A stretch of DNA of 64,000 nt from NCBI GenBank assembly GCA_963805625.1, contig CAWDVE010000004.1, positions 1 through 64,000 on the forward strand. The letters are read 5' to 3'. The notes below the pieces were generated by a model. That model saw only the letters and a list, made by a program, of their open reading frames with translations. It was not told the DNA's origin and searched no databases. Of the stretch, positions 1-10,077 are shown piece after piece (positions within the stretch are counted from its first letter, which is position 1; every line of letters starts with the position of its first letter). A program made the translations under genes and the position numbers. The DNA comes from an uncultured Candidatus Rokubacteria bacterium (GTDB lineage Bacteria; Methylomirabilota; Methylomirabilia; Rokubacteriales; DASRDR01).

Positions 1-2
1 AC

Positions 3-1025
3 TCGCACCGGGGCGCGTACCTGAACGCGCTTGGCAACGCGCTGGCGTTCGGCCTGACGCCCCGCTCCGTGTACCTGTGGACCCTCCCGATGTTCCACTG
101 CAACGGCTGGACGTATCCGTGGGCGGTGACGGCGGTCGGCGGCACGCACGTGTGTCTCCGCAAGGTCGATCCGGCGCTGATCTTTCGCCTGATCCGTCGT
201 CACGGCGTCACGCATCTCTGCGGGGCGCCGGTGGTGCTCACCGCGCTGATCCACGCGCCGGAGGAGGTGAAGATCCGACCCGACCATGTGGTCGAGGTCG
301 CGACCGGAGGGGCAGCCCCGCCGTCCGCCGTCATCGCGGCGATGGAGTCAATGGGCTTCCGCGTGACGCACCTCTACGGGCTGACCGAATCCTACGGCCC
401 GGCGACCATCTGCGCCTGGCAGCCCGAATGGGACGGGCTCCCGCTCACGGAGCGGGCGATCTACGCGGCGCGGCAGGGCGTGCTGTACCCGACGCTCGAC
501 GGACTCATGGTCGCCGACCCGGTGGCACTCACGCCGGTGTCCCGGGACGGTGTCACGATGGGGGAGGTGATGCTGCGCGGCAACACCTTGATGAAGGGGT
601 ATCTCCGGAATCCGGCGGCCACCGAGGAGGCGTTCCGCGGCGGCTGGTTCCACACCGGCGACCTGGCGGTGTGGCACCCGGACGGCTACATTGAGATCAA
701 GGACCGGTCGAAGGACGTCATCATCTCGGGCGGGGAGAACGTCTCGTCGCTCGAGGTCGAGGAAGTCCTCTACCGGCACCCCGCCGTCATGGAGGCCGCC
801 GTGGTGGCCAAGCCGGACCCGAAGTGGGGCGAGACGCCCTGCGCGTTCATCACTCTCAGGCCGGAAGCGGCGCCCCTCACGACGGAGGACGTCATCGCAT
901 GGTGCCGCGAGCACCTCGCGCACTTCAAGGCCCCGCACGCCGTCGTGTTCGGGCCGCTCCCAAAGACCTCAACCGGGAAGATCCAGAAATACGTCCTGCG
1001 CGAGCAGGCGAAGGCGGTGGATTGA
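3..1025 (+). CDS. Acyl-CoA synthetase / AMP-binding enzyme (5'-truncated by window edge)
   Basis: Frame open from base 3 (SHRGAYLNALGN...YLWTLPMFHCNGW). ANL-family motifs YGLTE, GWFHTGD, DRSKDVIISGGENVSS and LPKTSTGKIQK. Confidence 0.93.
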   Translation, partial: SHRGAYLNALGNALAFGLTPRSVYLWTLPMFHCNGWTYPWAVTAVGGTHVCLRKVDPALIFRLIRRHGVTHLCGAPVVLTALIHAPEEVKIRPDHVVEVATGGAAPPSAVIAAMESMGFRVTHLYGLTESYGPATICAWQPEWDGLPLTERAIYAARQGVLYPTLDGLMVADPVALTPVSRDGVTMGEVMLRGNTLMKGYLRNPAATEEAFRGGWFHTGDLAVWHPDGYIEIKDRSKDVIISGGENVSSLEVEEVLYRHPAVMEAAVVAKPDPKWGETPCAFITLRPEAAPLTTEDVIAWCREHLAHFKAPHAVVFGPLPKTSTGKIQKYVLREQAKAVD

Positions 1026-1026
1026 C

Positions 1027-1458
1027 ATGAACATCGCGAGCATCCTGGCGCGGAAGGGTGGCAAGGTCGCCACGTGCCGTCCGGAGCAATCCATCCGGCA
1101 GGCCCTGGCGCTGCTGGCGGAGCACAACATCGGCGCGCTCGTGGTCCTGGACGAGACCGCGGTGCCGGCGGGTATGCTGTCCGAGCGGGACATCGTCCGC
1201 GAGGCCGCCCGGGACGAGCGGCTCTTCGGGCGGAGTGTCGGCGAGATCATGACGCGCGACGTGATCGTCGGCGTGCCCGAGGACGACCTCCGGGCGGTCC
1301 GGCACACGATGACGGAGCGGCGGATCCGGCACGTCCCCGTCGTCGCGGAAGGGCGGCTGGTCGGCATCGTGTCGATCGGCGACGTCGTCAAGGCGGAGCT
1401 CGACCAGTATCTCGGCGAGGTGGACACGCTGCAGATGCAGGTGGGGGCGAGGCCTTGA
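1027..1458 (+). CDS. CBS-domain pair protein
   Basis: ATG 1 nt after the upstream stop. MNIASILARKG...HNIGALVV...GMLSERDIV...RIRHVPVV...GIVSIGDVVK is typical of standalone CBS-pair proteins. Confidence 0.92.
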   Translation: MNIASILARKGGKVATCRPEQSIRQALALLAEHNIGALVVLDETAVPAGMLSERDIVREAARDERLFGRSVGEIMTRDVIVGVPEDDLRAVRHTMTERRIRHVPVVAEGRLVGIVSIGDVVKAELDQYLGEVDTLQMQVGARP

Positions 1459-1519
1459 CGCCCATGCCCTCGCCGCGTGGCGCCGGTCTGGGTTGTCTGG
1501 AGGCCACGGCCTGACTCCG

Positions 1520-2902
1520 ATGGCGGGACCGCTGCGCGTCGCGGTGATCGGTGCGGGCCCGGCCGGCTTCTACACCGCGGAGCACCTCTTCCGGCAGCCG
1601 GGCCTCGCGGTCGAGGTGGATCTCTACGACCGCCTGCCGACCCCGTACGGCCTGGTCCGATTCGGCGTGGCTCCGGACCACCAGAAGATCAAGAACGTCA
1701 CGGCCGCCTTCGACAAGACGGCTGCTCACCCGGGGTTCCGGTTCTTCGGCCACGTCGAGCTCGGGAAGGACGTGACGATCGAGGACCTCCGGGCGCACTA
1801 TCACCAGATCGTCTACACAACGGGCGCCCAGACCGACCGCCGCATGGGCATTCCTGGCGAGGACCTCCGCGGGAGCCACCCGGCGACCGACTTCGTGGCC
1901 TGGTACAACGGGCACCCCGACTACCGCGAGCACCGGTTCGACCTCTCGCAGGAGCGGGTGGCGGTGGTCGGGGTCGGCAACGTCGCGGTGGACGTGGTGC
2001 GCATCTTGTGCCGGACGCCCGAGGAGCTGGCGGCGACCGACATCAGCGACGATGCGCTCGCCGCGCTGCGGGACAGCCGCGTGCGCGAGGTGTACCTGCT
2101 CGGCCGACGGGGCCCCGCCCAGGCCGCTTTCACCAACCCCGAGATCCGGGAGCTCGGCGAGCTGCCCGGCGCCGACGTCGCCGCGAGGCCCGACGAGGTC
2201 GAGCTCGACCCGCTCACACGCACGGAGCTCGAGAAGAACGCGGACCGGGGCACGCTCAAGAAGGTGGAGATCCTGCGCGAGTACGCGCGGCGCGCACCTC
2301 TCGGCAAGCCCCGGACCCTGATCGTCCGCTTCCTGGTCTCACCGGTGGCCCTTCACGGCGGCGAGAGCGGCGAGGTGGTCGGCCTCCGCGTCGTCCGCAA
2401 CGAGCTTCACGCGACGGCGGCCGGCACGCTGCAGGCCCGCCCCACCGACCAGTTCGAGGAGCTTCCCGCGGGGCTCGTCTTTCGCTCGGTGGGATACCGG
2501 GGGGTGCCGATCCCCGGCGTGCCCTTCCACGACGCCTGGGGCGTGATCCTGAACGACAAGGGGCGCGTTCTCGACCCGGACAGCCGCGCGCCGCGGGCCG
2601 GGGAGTACGTGGCGGGATGGATCAAGCGCGGCCCCACCGGCGTCATCGGCACCAACAAGCCCGACGCCGCGGAGACGGTCGCGTGCATGGTGGAGGACGC
2701 CGGCCGGGACCGCCTGCTCGCGCCCTCCGAGCCGGAATCCGGCGCCGCCCTGGCGCTGGTCCAGGAACGCCAGCCTCAGTTCGTCTCGTGGCAAGACTGG
2801 CAGCGACTCGACGCGATGGAGGTCGCCCGCGGTCGCGCCTCCGGGCGCCCGCGCGTGAAGTTCACCCGCGTGGAGGAGATGCTCGCCGCGCTCGGGCGAT
2901 GA
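1520..2902 (+). CDS. Ferredoxin/adrenodoxin-NADP+ reductase (FprA-like)
   Basis: VAVIGAGPAGFY, PTPYGLVRFGVAPDH, FVAWYNGHP, GVGNVAVDV, GRRGPAQAAFT and GWIKRGPTGVIGTN. Confidence 0.92.
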   Translation: MAGPLRVAVIGAGPAGFYTAEHLFRQPGLAVEVDLYDRLPTPYGLVRFGVAPDHQKIKNVTAAFDKTAAHPGFRFFGHVELGKDVTIEDLRAHYHQIVYTTGAQTDRRMGIPGEDLRGSHPATDFVAWYNGHPDYREHRFDLSQERVAVVGVGNVAVDVVRILCRTPEELAATDISDDALAALRDSRVREVYLLGRRGPAQAAFTNPEIRELGELPGADVAARPDEVELDPLTRTELEKNADRGTLKKVEILREYARRAPLGKPRTLIVRFLVSPVALHGGESGEVVGLRVVRNELHATAAGTLQARPTDQFEELPAGLVFRSVGYRGVPIPGVPFHDAWGVILNDKGRVLDPDSRAPRAGEYVAGWIKRGPTGVIGTNKPDAAETVACMVEDAGRDRLLAPSEPESGAALALVQERQPQFVSWQDWQRLDAMEVARGRASGRPRVKFTRVEEMLAALGR

Positions 2903-2923
2903 GAGCACCGTGGGTCACGGCCC

Positions 2924-2953
2924 TTGAACCGCGTTCGCGTGCGGGCGTAACAT
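2924..2953 (+). promoter_or_regulatory. Putative sigma70 promoter
   Basis: TTGAAC-N18-TAACAT about 100 nt upstream of the binding-protein gene. Confidence 0.4.
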
Positions 2954-3049
2954 CGCGGCAGTCCTCGCGGCCAGGTCCGCAAGTCTCAATTCAGGGAGCC
3001 GTCCGGGCACCCGGTCATCCGGCGCCCCGGCGGCGACGAGGAGGGGCTG

Positions 3050-4390
3050 ATGGCTGGAGAGCGTTTGAGTCGGCGCCAGTTCGTGCGGGCAACCGGAGCG
3101 GCGGCAGGAGCGGCCACACTCGGGGCGAACATCATCATCCCGGGGCGCGCCCGAGCGGCGAAGACGCTCAAGATTCTTCAGTGGGTGCATTTCGTTCCCG
3201 CCTATGACGAGTGGTTCAATAAGAAGTACGTCAAGGAGTGGGGCGCGAAGAACGACACCGAGGTGATCGTCGACAACATCGGGCTGGCCCAGATCAACGC
3301 CCGGGCCAACGCCGAGGCCGCCGCCGGGAAGGGCCACGACATCGTCCAGTTCAACTGGCCGCCGCCCTCCTTCGAGGGGCAGGTCGTGCCGATGAACGAC
3401 GTCTACCAGGAGCTGGAGAAGAAGCTCGGGAAGCCCATCGACCTCTGCGTCAAGAGCACCTACAACCCGAAGACGAAGACCTACTACGCCCTGTCGCCGT
3501 CGTTCACGCCCGATCCCGTCAACTACCGCCAGGACCTGTTCGGGCAGGTCGGCCTGCCGAACGGCCCCAAGACGTGGGACGAGGTCCGGAGCGCGGGCGC
3601 GAAGATCAAGAAGGACACCGGCCACCCGGTCGGCATCGGCCTGGCTCAGGAGATCGACACCGCGATGGCCATGCGGACGATCATGTACGCGTGGGGCGCC
3701 CACGAGCAGGACCAGGCGGGCAACCTGACGCTCAAGTCGAAGCAGACGCTCGACGCGCTGAAGTTCGTGAAGGCCCTCTACGAGGAGACGATGACGGCCG
3801 AAGTCTTCACGTGGGACGCATCGTCCAACAACCGGGGGGTCGTCTCCGGCAAGCTCTCCCTCGTCCTGAACGCCATCTCGACGACGCGCACGGCGGAGAA
3901 AGAGAACCCGGAAATGTCGCGGCAGATCCAGCTGACGAAGGCGCTGGGGGGACCTGTCCGCGCCATCGGCCTCGAGCACGTCATGCAGTGCTGCGTCATC
4001 TGGAAGTTCGCGGAGAACATCGACGGCGCCAAGAAGTTCCTGCTCGACTACGTGACGAGCTTCCGCGAGGCATTCATCGCCGGCGAGTTCTACGACTTCC
4101 CGTGCTTCCCAAAGACGGTGCCGGACCTCGGCAAGCTCATCTCGAACGACCCCAAGGCCCACCCGCCCGATAAGTATAAGGTGCTCGAGGACGTGCTCGA
4201 CTGGGCGACCAACGTGGGATACCCCGGGTACGCTACTGCGGCCATCGACGAGATCTACAGCACGTGGGTGCTGAACACGATGTTCGGGAAGGTCGCGGCT
4301 GGTCAGGCCACTCCGGAAGCGGCGCTCGACGAGGCCGAGGCGGCCTGCCGACGCATCTTCGTCAAGTGGAAGGAGAAGGGGCTGGTCTAG
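3050..4390 (+). CDS. Carbohydrate (CUT1) ABC transporter substrate-binding protein, Tat signal
   Basis: LSRRQFV twin-arginine signal, GAGGAGG RBS, PKTWDE motif; followed by two permeases. Confidence 0.88.
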   Translation: MAGERLSRRQFVRATGAAAGAATLGANIIIPGRARAAKTLKILQWVHFVPAYDEWFNKKYVKEWGAKNDTEVIVDNIGLAQINARANAEAAAGKGHDIVQFNWPPPSFEGQVVPMNDVYQELEKKLGKPIDLCVKSTYNPKTKTYYALSPSFTPDPVNYRQDLFGQVGLPNGPKTWDEVRSAGAKIKKDTGHPVGIGLAQEIDTAMAMRTIMYAWGAHEQDQAGNLTLKSKQTLDALKFVKALYEETMTAEVFTWDASSNNRGVVSGKLSLVLNAISTTRTAEKENPEMSRQIQLTKALGGPVRAIGLEHVMQCCVIWKFAENIDGAKKFLLDYVTSFREAFIAGEFYDFPCFPKTVPDLGKLISNDPKAHPPDKYKVLEDVLDWATNVGYPGYATAAIDEIYSTWVLNTMFGKVAAGQATPEAALDEAEAACRRIFVKWKEKGLV

Positions 4391-4413
4391 GCCCCTCGCG
4401 CCCCACAGGGTCC

Positions 4414-4448
4414 TGGCGGGCGGCTCCGGAGCCCGGAGCCTCCCGCCA
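4414..4448 (+). terminator. Intercistronic stem-loop after binding-protein gene (terminator or mRNA stabiliser)
   Basis: TGGCGGGCGGCTCCGG-agc-CCGGAGCCTCCCGCCA: 16-bp stem with one mismatch; no U-tract. Confidence 0.5.
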
Positions 4449-4460
4449 TGTTCTCAGGCC

Positions 4461-5402
4461 ATGAACATCCTCGAGCGCGAAACCACGGCAGGCTCCCTCG
4501 CCCGCCGGCGCGGCCGGCGCCTGGCCGACCGCCCTGGGTGGCTCGGCGCTCTCATGATCGGCCCTGCCGTCCTCTACATCCTGCTGGTGGTGGGAATGCC
4601 CTTCGTGCTGGCGCTTTACTACAGCGTCAGTGACATCACGGTCGGCAGCCAGAGCCTGAACTTCGTCGGGCTGAAGAACTTCGCCAGCATCGTCGAGACG
4701 AGCCAGTTCCGGACGGCGCTCCGCAACACGTTCGTCTTCGCCATTGTCTCCCAGGTGATCGTGCTCGTCGGCGCGAACATCCTGGCGCTGGCCCTCATGC
4801 AGGACTTCCGGGGCAAGTGGATCGTGCGCCTCCTGCTGCTCCTGCCATGGGTGGCCCCGATGTCCTTGGGCGCGATCGGGTGGCTCTGGATCCTGGACTC
4901 GATCTACAGCGTGATCAACTGGACGCTCGAGGCGGTCGGGCTCATTCGGCCGAACGACTGGCCCATGTGGCTGGGCATCCCGTACCTCGCGATGGGGTCG
5001 GTGATCACGGTGCACGTCTGGCGCCTCCTCCCCCTGGCCACGGTCATCTTGCTGGCCGGGCTTTCCTCGATCCCGAAGGAGATTCACGAGGCGGCGCGGG
5101 TGGACGGCGCGGGCTTCTGGCGGCAGCATTTTCGGATCACCCTGCCGCTCGTGCTGCCCATCATGCTGGTCGCCCTCCTCTTCGGCCTCGTGTTCGCCTT
5201 CACCGACATGATCGTGATCTTCGTGCTCACGCGCGGTGGGCCGTACGACACGACCCAGGTCCTGTCGAGCCTCGCGTTCTTCACGGGCGTCCAGGGCGGC
5301 GACCTCGCCGCGGGCGCGGCCATCGCGCTGTTCCTGTTCCCGCTCCTCCTCGCGGCCGCCGTGCTGTTCCTCCGGGTCGCGCGTCGCACCGAGGTGACTT
5401 GA
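4461..5402 (+). CDS. Carbohydrate ABC transporter permease
   Basis: Multiple TM segments, FVGLKNF and EAA loop (EAARVDGA). Confidence 0.92.
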   Translation: MNILERETTAGSLARRRGRRLADRPGWLGALMIGPAVLYILLVVGMPFVLALYYSVSDITVGSQSLNFVGLKNFASIVETSQFRTALRNTFVFAIVSQVIVLVGANILALALMQDFRGKWIVRLLLLLPWVAPMSLGAIGWLWILDSIYSVINWTLEAVGLIRPNDWPMWLGIPYLAMGSVITVHVWRLLPLATVILLAGLSSIPKEIHEAARVDGAGFWRQHFRITLPLVLPIMLVALLFGLVFAFTDMIVIFVLTRGGPYDTTQVLSSLAFFTGVQGGDLAAGAAIALFLFPLLLAAAVLFLRVARRTEVT

Positions 5403-5404
5403 GC

Positions 5405-6253
5405 ATGCGGCCGGGCGGGCTGAGACGGCTCCTGGCGAGCGGCGCTCACGTCGGCATCGTGGGCGCGTTCACGCTCTTCTCCGCCTTTCCCTTCTACTGG
5501 ATGCTGATCACGACGTTCAAGCGGAACAGCGACCTGCTCAAGCGCGCGAACAACCCGTTTCTCTACAACGAGCCGCCGACGCTCGAACACCTGCGCGTGC
5601 TGTTCTACGAGACCCTGTACGGCCGGTGGCTCTTCAACACGGCGTTCGTCGGCGTGCTGGTCGTGGCCATCACTCTCCTCCTGGCGCTGCCGGCCGGCTA
5701 CGCGCTGGCGCGGCTCACGGGGCGGTGGGGAGAGCAGCTCGGCATCGGGATCTTCCTCACCTACCTGGTGCCGCCGACGCTCCTGTTCATCCCGCTGTCG
5801 CGGGTCATCGCTACCCTTGGCCTCCAGGATTCGCTCTGGTCTCTCGTGCTGGTCTACCCGTCGTTCACGATTCCCTTCTGCACTTGGCTTCTCATGGGGT
5901 TCTTCAAGGCGATCCCCGGGGACCTCGAGGAGGCAGCGATGATCGACGGCTGCAGCCGGTTCGGCGCCTTCCTCCGGGTCGTGATCCCAATCTCGGTGGC
6001 GGGCGTCCTGACCGTGGTGATCTTCGCCTTTACGCTGGTCACACAGGAGTTCGTCTACGCCATGACGTTCATCTCCGGGGTCCGGCAGTTCACCGTGAGC
6101 GTGGGCGTGCCGACCTTCCTCGTTCGCGGCGACGTGTATTTCTGGGGGTCTCTCATGGCCGGCTGCTTCATCGCGAGCGTCCCGGTCGCGATTCTCTATA
6201 ACTTCTTCGTGGACCGCTTCATCGCCGGCTTCACCGTCGGCGCGATCAAATAG
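5405..6253 (+). CDS. Carbohydrate ABC transporter permease
   Basis: PFYWMLITTFK, EEAAMIDG EAA loop and WGSLMAG; real start is the ATG at 5405 within the longer called ORF. Confidence 0.92.
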   Translation: MRPGGLRRLLASGAHVGIVGAFTLFSAFPFYWMLITTFKRNSDLLKRANNPFLYNEPPTLEHLRVLFYETLYGRWLFNTAFVGVLVVAITLLLALPAGYALARLTGRWGEQLGIGIFLTYLVPPTLLFIPLSRVIATLGLQDSLWSLVLVYPSFTIPFCTWLLMGFFKAIPGDLEEAAMIDGCSRFGAFLRVVIPISVAGVLTVVIFAFTLVTQEFVYAMTFISGVRQFTVSVGVPTFLVRGDVYFWGSLMAGCFIASVPVAILYNFFVDRFIAGFTVGAIK

Positions 6254-6324
6254 GGTCCCGTAGGATCCGCCCCTGACTTGGCGCTCGCCCGGCACACCGG
6301 AGGCGCCGCGTCCGTTCGTCGCGC

Positions 6325-6894
6325 CTACGGACGCAGCCGGTAGAAGCGGAAGAGGTCGTTCGTCATCGGCAGGACCTCCGTGCTCCGGAAGCCTGCCTCG
6401 GCGGCGTAGCGGCGGAGCGTGTCCGTCCGCATGACGGTGCCGGTCGCGGCCGAGGGCTGGTCGGCCATCCCGGCGGGGAGGCAGCACAGGACGCTGAAGC
6501 CGTACATGAGGCGCTCGACCTGGTCACCGGGGGCGCTGAACTGCGCGAGCGGGGTCATGGTGGCGAGGCTTTCGGGGTCCACCAGGACAGCGTCGTGGCC
6601 AGCCGGGAGAAGGTAGCGCCGCCCCTCGGCCGGGCGGCCCGCATCGTCGACCTCGAGGAGCCCGCTCACCGCCTGCTGCTCCAGCCACTCGCGGACGTAG
6701 CGCTCCTGGGTCCCGGTCTCGGCCGCCAGCTCCGCTGCTGTCGCCCGCCCCAGACGTTGGAGACCGCGGTAGAGGCCGAGCCGGTCGCCGATGTGGACGG
6801 CGCCCAGGTCCATGAGGCCGAGCGTCGCCTCCATGAGACGGCTGGCGAGCGCGTCCCGCCGGGCGGTCGGGTCCGGAGTCTCCGTGGGCTGCAT
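6325..6894 (-). pseudogene. Winged-helix SAM-dependent methyltransferase (Rv2258c-like) lacking the central SAM-binding core
   Basis: N-terminal IGDRLGLY...AELAAETGTQERYVREWLEQQ joined in frame to the family C-terminus ERLMYGFSVLCCLP...GTVMR...AGF...FYRL. Only 189 aa, with no D-x-G-x-G motif I. Confidence 0.7.
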
Positions 6895-7018
6895 CGGCGG
6901 TACCTCCGCGAGGGTGTGGTCGCTGCGGTGTCGAGTATGGGCGGGCCGAGGCCACGGGAACCAGTGGGCTCATCGCTGTCAGGACAGGGCGGGCATGTCT
7001 CGTAAGTCCGCGTCCTTC

Positions 7019-7048
7019 TTGACAGCCGACCGAACGCTCCGCTACACT
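7019..7048 (+). promoter_or_regulatory. Putative sigma70 promoter
   Basis: TTGACA-N18-TACACT upstream of the 7140-17990 gene run. Confidence 0.6.
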
Positions 7049-7139
7049 CCGCCTACCTTTCCGGGGTGTTCGGGCATCGGGCCCACCGTCGGGTGATCCC
7101 GCCCGTGGCTCCGGCCAATGACGGCCCCGAGGGGGGTGA

Positions 7140-8095
7140 ATGTCAGAGATCGAGCTGCTCGCCACCGGCGAGGGTGACTATCGCCTCCACGACCCGGACG
7201 CGATCCGGGCGTGGATGCGTGACCAGAAGCGGCGCGACCTCGTTGACAAGACGACGACCGCCGCCGAGGCGGTGGGCCGTCTCGTCGCCGACGGCGATTA
7301 CGTCTCGTTCGACTTCTCCTCGTTCACGCGGGGCCCACTCGTTCTCGTCCGGGAGATCGTGCGCCAGCGGCGGCGGAACCTGTGGTATTGCGCAAAGTTC
7401 ACCTTGATGGAGTCCACGCTCCTGGTGGCCGCGGGGGCGTGCTCGAGGATCGACGTGGGGTTCATGGGGCTCGGGGAGACGCTCAGCCCGGGGGACCGAC
7501 GAACTGTTACCGCTCGATCGCCTGGACCAACTCGATCGCCTGGACCAACATGAGCACGATCTTCGCCCAGGCGCAGCTCGGACTGATCGACTATGGGGTC
7601 CTCGGGGCCACCCAGATCGACCTGTTCGGCAACATCAACTCGACCATGCTCGGAGTCGACTGGCGGCGGCCCAAGCGGCGCTTCCCGGGATCGGGCGGGG
7701 CCAACGAGGTCGCGTCGTACTGCTGGCGGACGATCGTTATCATGATGCACGAGCCGCGTCGGTTCGTTCCTCGGGTGGATTTCATCACGTCGCCCGGATA
7801 CCTCGACGGCACGCCGGAGGCGCGGGAACGCGCCGGCCTGCCGGCCGACACCGGGCCCTGGCGCGTGGTGACCTCGCAAGCGCTCTTCGGTTTCGACGAG
7901 GTGTCGCACGAGTTGACGCTGCTCGGAATCCTCGAGGGGCGGAGCATCGACGAGGTGGTCGCGGAGATGGGTCTGAAGCCGCGCGTGGCCGCGCACGTGG
8001 AGCGGCTGGCTCCGCCCAGCCCGCGTGAGCTCGAGATCCTGCGCGACCAGGTCGATCCCACGCGGGCCGTCATCGGAAGGACCGCGAAGAGCTGA
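7140..8095 (+). pseudogene. Family I CoA-transferase (glutaconate CoA-transferase-like): alpha N-terminus fused out of frame to beta C-terminus
   Basis: 7140-~7490 encodes an alpha-like start (DKTTTAAEAVGRLVADGDYV...LVREIVRQ). Another frame from ~7490 encodes the beta core (LGATQIDLFGNINST...PGSGGAN...VDFITSPG...LRDQVDP). The intervening sequence is missing. Confidence 0.75.
7513..7548 (+). repeat. Perfect 18-bp tandem duplication
   Basis: CTCGATCGCCTGGACCAA x2 (7513-7530 and 7531-7548), giving SIAWTN-SIAWTN. Confidence 0.95.
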
Positions 8096-10077
8096 TGGCT
8101 ATGCCAGATCGCCTCCACGCGACGAACGGGGGTGCCGGCCTGGATCCTGCGTTCGACACGTTTCCGAAGCTGCTCGTCAAGAACGTCAAGCGCTTCCCCG
8201 ACAAGATTGCCATTCGCGAGAAGGACTACGGCATCTGGCAGGCCTACACCTGGCGGCAGTACCTCGAGCAGTCGCGGCTCATCGCACTGGGCCTGGCGGC
8301 GCTCGGGTTCCAGCGTGGAGACAAGACGGCCATCGTCGGCGACAATCGCCCGCAGCTCTACTGGGCGATGCTCGCCACCCAGGCGCTCGGCGGTGTGCCC
8401 GTTCCGCTCTACCAGGACTCCATCGAGAAGGAGATGGAGTTCATCATCGACCACGCCGAGGCCCGCTTCGCCGTCGTGGAGGACCAGGAGCAGGTCGACA
8501 AGCTCCTCCAGGTGAAGGTGCGGTGCCCCCGGCTCGAGCACATCGTCTACGACGACCCCCGCGGGCTCCGGCACTACGAGGACGCCGGCCTCATCAGCCT
8601 GGCGGCGGTCCAGGAGCTCGGCCGCCGCTTCGATCGCGAGCACCCTGACTACTTCGAGCAGGAGGTGGCGAAGGGCACGGCGGACGACATCGCCATCATC
8701 TGCTACACCTCGGGCACGACTGGTCAGCCGAAGGGGACGATGCTGTCCAACCGGAACCTGATCGTCACGGGCCAGAACGCGATCGAGTACGAGGGTCTTC
8801 GCGCGACCGACGAGGTCGTCGCCTACCTCCCCATGGCGTGGATCGGCGACCACATGTTCTCGTTCGCCCAGTCGATTCTCACCGGCTTCACGACCAACTG
8901 CCCGGAGAGCACGACGACGGTGTTGCACGACCTTCGGGAGATCGGGCCGACGTACTTCTTTGCGCCGCCGGGTATCTACCAGCGCATCCTGACGACGGCC
9001 ATGATCCGGATCGACGACTCGGCCGGGCCCAAGCGGCGCCTGATCCGGTTCTTCCTGGACGTGGCCCGGCGGGTCGAGCGGCGGCGTCTGGCCGGGAAGC
9101 CCGTGCCGTCAGGCGATCGCCTGCTCCACGCCCTCGGCCGGGTGCTCGTCTACGGTCCGCTCCGGGACAACCTCGGGATGAGCCAGGTCCGCCTCGCCTA
9201 CACCGCGGGGGAGGCGATCGGGCCGGAGCTGTTCGAGTTCTACCGCGCGATCGGGGTCAACATGAAGCAGCTGTACGGCATGACCGAGTCGAGTGCCCTG
9301 ATCTGCATCCAGCGGGACGGGGAGATCCGGCTCGACACCGTGGGCACCCCGCTGACCGGCGTCGAGGTCCGCATCGGCGAGTCGGGCGAGGTGCTCTACC
9401 GGAGCCCCGGAGTCTTCGTCGGCTATTACAAGAACCCGGACGCCACCCGACAGACCATCGAGGATGGCTGGGTCCATTCCGGGGATGCGGGAATCATCGA
9501 CAAGGACGGGCACCTTCGCATCATCGACCGCGCCCGCGACGTGGGTCGCCTCGCCGACGGGACGCTCTTCGCGCCGAAGTACCTGGAGAACAAGCTGAAG
9601 TTCTCGCCGTACATCCGGGAAGCGGTCTGCGTCGGCCAGGATCGACCATACGTCGCCGCACTCCTCAACATCGATGTGACGGCGGTCGGAAGCTGGGCTG
9701 AGCGGCGTGGTCTCGCCTACACGAGCTACACGGACCTCTCCCAGAAACCCGAAGTCTACGAGCTCATCCGGGAGGAGGTTGCGCGCATGAACCGGAGCCT
9801 TCTCGAGGAGCCCCAGCTTCGCGGCGCGCAGATCCGCCGTTTCCTGATGCTTCACAAGGAGCTCGACCCCGACGATCAGGAGATCACCCGAACCCGCAAG
9901 GTGCGCCGGGGGTTCATCGCTCAGAAGTACGCCGCGCTGGTGGAGGCGCTCTACTCGGACCAGGACCACGTTTCAGTGGAGGCGAAGGTCACCTACGAGG
10001 ACGGTCGGACCGGCACCGTCCGGGCCGACGTGCGGATCCGGGAGGCCGAGGTGTTCGTGGGCGGGGCGCGGGCGTGA
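8095..10077 (+). CDS. Long-chain-fatty-acid--CoA ligase (AMP-binding)
   Basis: YTSGTTGQPKG, QLYGMTE, GWVHSGDAG, ENKLKFSPYIREAV and TRTRKVRR. Confidence 0.93.
   Translation: MAMPDRLHATNGGAGLDPAFDTFPKLLVKNVKRFPDKIAIREKDYGIWQAYTWRQYLEQSRLIALGLAALGFQRGDKTAIVGDNRPQLYWAMLATQALGGVPVPLYQDSIEKEMEFIIDHAEARFAVVEDQEQVDKLLQVKVRCPRLEHIVYDDPRGLRHYEDAGLISLAAVQELGRRFDREHPDYFEQEVAKGTADDIAIICYTSGTTGQPKGTMLSNRNLIVTGQNAIEYEGLRATDEVVAYLPMAWIGDHMFSFAQSILTGFTTNCPESTTTVLHDLREIGPTYFFAPPGIYQRILTTAMIRIDDSAGPKRRLIRFFLDVARRVERRRLAGKPVPSGDRLLHALGRVLVYGPLRDNLGMSQVRLAYTAGEAIGPELFEFYRAIGVNMKQLYGMTESSALICIQRDGEIRLDTVGTPLTGVEVRIGESGEVLYRSPGVFVGYYKNPDATRQTIEDGWVHSGDAGIIDKDGHLRIIDRARDVGRLADGTLFAPKYLENKLKFSPYIREAVCVGQDRPYVAALLNIDVTAVGSWAERRGLAYTSYTDLSQKPEVYELIREEVARMNRSLLEEPQLRGAQIRRFLMLHKELDPDDQEITRTRKVRRGFIAQKYAALVEALYSDQDHVSVEAKVTYEDGRTGTVRADVRIREAEVFVGGARA

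Noticed and set aside
3050-6253. Sugar ABC system lacking an ATPase gene
   Set aside because: CUT1 transporters commonly share a remote MsmX/MalK-type ATPase, so this is not unusual.
7480-7500. Programmed frameshift joining the CoA-transferase halves (likewise in LacI at about 56835)
   Set aside because: Even with a shift the product would lack large essential regions, so deletion is the simpler explanation.
7513-7548. Tandem repeat considered as a CRISPR or VNTR seed
   Set aside because: Only two adjacent copies, no spacers and no cas genes. It is a simple duplication.
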